From NCBI RefSeq assembly GCF_009914755.1, contig NC_060934.1: a DNA stretch of 64,000 nucleotides. The stretch is one strand, 5' to 3'. The notes beneath the pieces are model-generated. The model did not search any database, was not told where the DNA came from, and saw only the letters and a list, made by a program, of their open reading frames with translations. Position 1 is the first letter of the stretch. Each line of letters opens with the position of its first letter. Both the position numbers and the translations under genes were made by a program. This stretch comes from the human T2T-CHM13v2.0 reference genome, Homo sapiens. This document shows, piece after piece, positions 62,224 to 64,000 of the stretch.

Positions 62224-62858
62224 GTGTCTTATCTTCCCAACCACATTTAAGTTCTTAAAGGCAGAGCTTGTCTTGCAGGATTTTCACAGCCTCCCAGCGC
62301 CCATCTCTACATGGCTCTAGTAGAAATTACTATTCTACACTCGTTCGTCACTATTCATCTTTATTCCTCTGGACAGGAATCAGAGGCAGAGCAGGTAATC
62401 ATTTTGGGAGTGGTTCTGAGATTCCAAGAGCCTCTCCTCAACCCTAGAATAGCGACAGCTATTCAAATTAAAGCCCTAGAAGCTTGAGTTGAAGGCAGGA
62501 GGATACTTCAAAGCATTATTGCCCATTTACATTTGGCTAACTGTCCCGCTGAAGGAATGTCACCTGGGCCTGGCACATTTACAGTTGTCTGGAGAGGAGA
62601 TTGACAATTCTCTGGATGTGGCATGAGATCTGGAGGGGAGCCTCTGCGAGGATCTTGAGAGCTGGGGGGCTGAGGCCAGAGGACACTGGGTGCCTGAAAA
62701 ACTGGGTACAGGGGAGTGGGGGGAACAGAAAATACCAGAAGAGGGATGGAGGAGGACCAGGCCCATTCAGCTTACCAAGCCAGGGGGTCAGGACTATTCA
62801 AATTAGCCCAGAAGCAAAGACGTAAAAAGCCATTAGGCTCACGGAGCTGTGAAAGTCA

Positions 62859-63586
<728 letters not shown>

Positions 63587-64000
63587 CTAACTCTTTTAAA
63601 GGCAGAGAAATCCAATCCAAGATTCCAAGGTAAAGGGCCCCCACCTGTCTTACGAAATGGGTCACAGGGACAGCCAAGAAACTGTGTGTTCTACCAATCA
63701 TGTTCCACATTTGAGACATTTAATCAGAAGTAAGAATTTTGACTAAGAACAAAAAAGGCTGAAATAAAAGTTTTTAATAAAAATTTAAGGAATGAGCAGC
63801 AGTATTTATTTAAAGAATATTACATTGCTCGTTAATTTTAAAAAATAAGATAAACCTCAATTACTAGTTAAACATTTACTTTATATCCTTATCTATTTAG
63901 GTACTAAGAAGATCAGTGTGTTTTGCAATGATTTTTTTTATTGATTCCATGATGGCAAACTTAGATAACTTTGATTACTTTTCTTTTGAGGACTTTAATT

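Overview
Human (primate) genomic DNA: Alu-rich and with no prokaryotic features. One protein-coding gene is supported: the complete, intact, intron-containing OAT gene (mitochondrial ornithine delta-aminotransferase) on the minus strand, about 35480-57100. It has a non-coding first exon in a CpG-island promoter plus 9 coding exons. All introns are GT-AG, and the coding exons sum to 1320 nt (439 aa + stop). The left ~35 kb is intergenic: SINE/LINE/LTR/DNA-transposon relics, two C-rich minisatellites, an orphan promoter-like CpG island (~27.0-27.95 kb) and two AT-rich transcription-factor motif clusters. Nearly all other ORFs in the track are Alu, repeat or GC-rich artefacts. The most unusual observations are: (1) a 65-bp non-Alu segment inserted with a 4-bp duplication into an AluJ, with a gap-free ~78%-identical twin 2.1 kb away; (2) a zero-spacer inverted Alu pair; (3) several splice-competent or nearly competent Alu cryptic exons in OAT; (4) an inverted pair of CRE half-sites at the OAT start region; (5) a strong CTCF motif beside a weak exon donor; (6) an LTR abutting the OAT 3' end. 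I see no evidence for a wholly new multi-gene system. Repeat subfamily names come from recall of consensus sequences and need Dfam/RepeatMasker confirmation.
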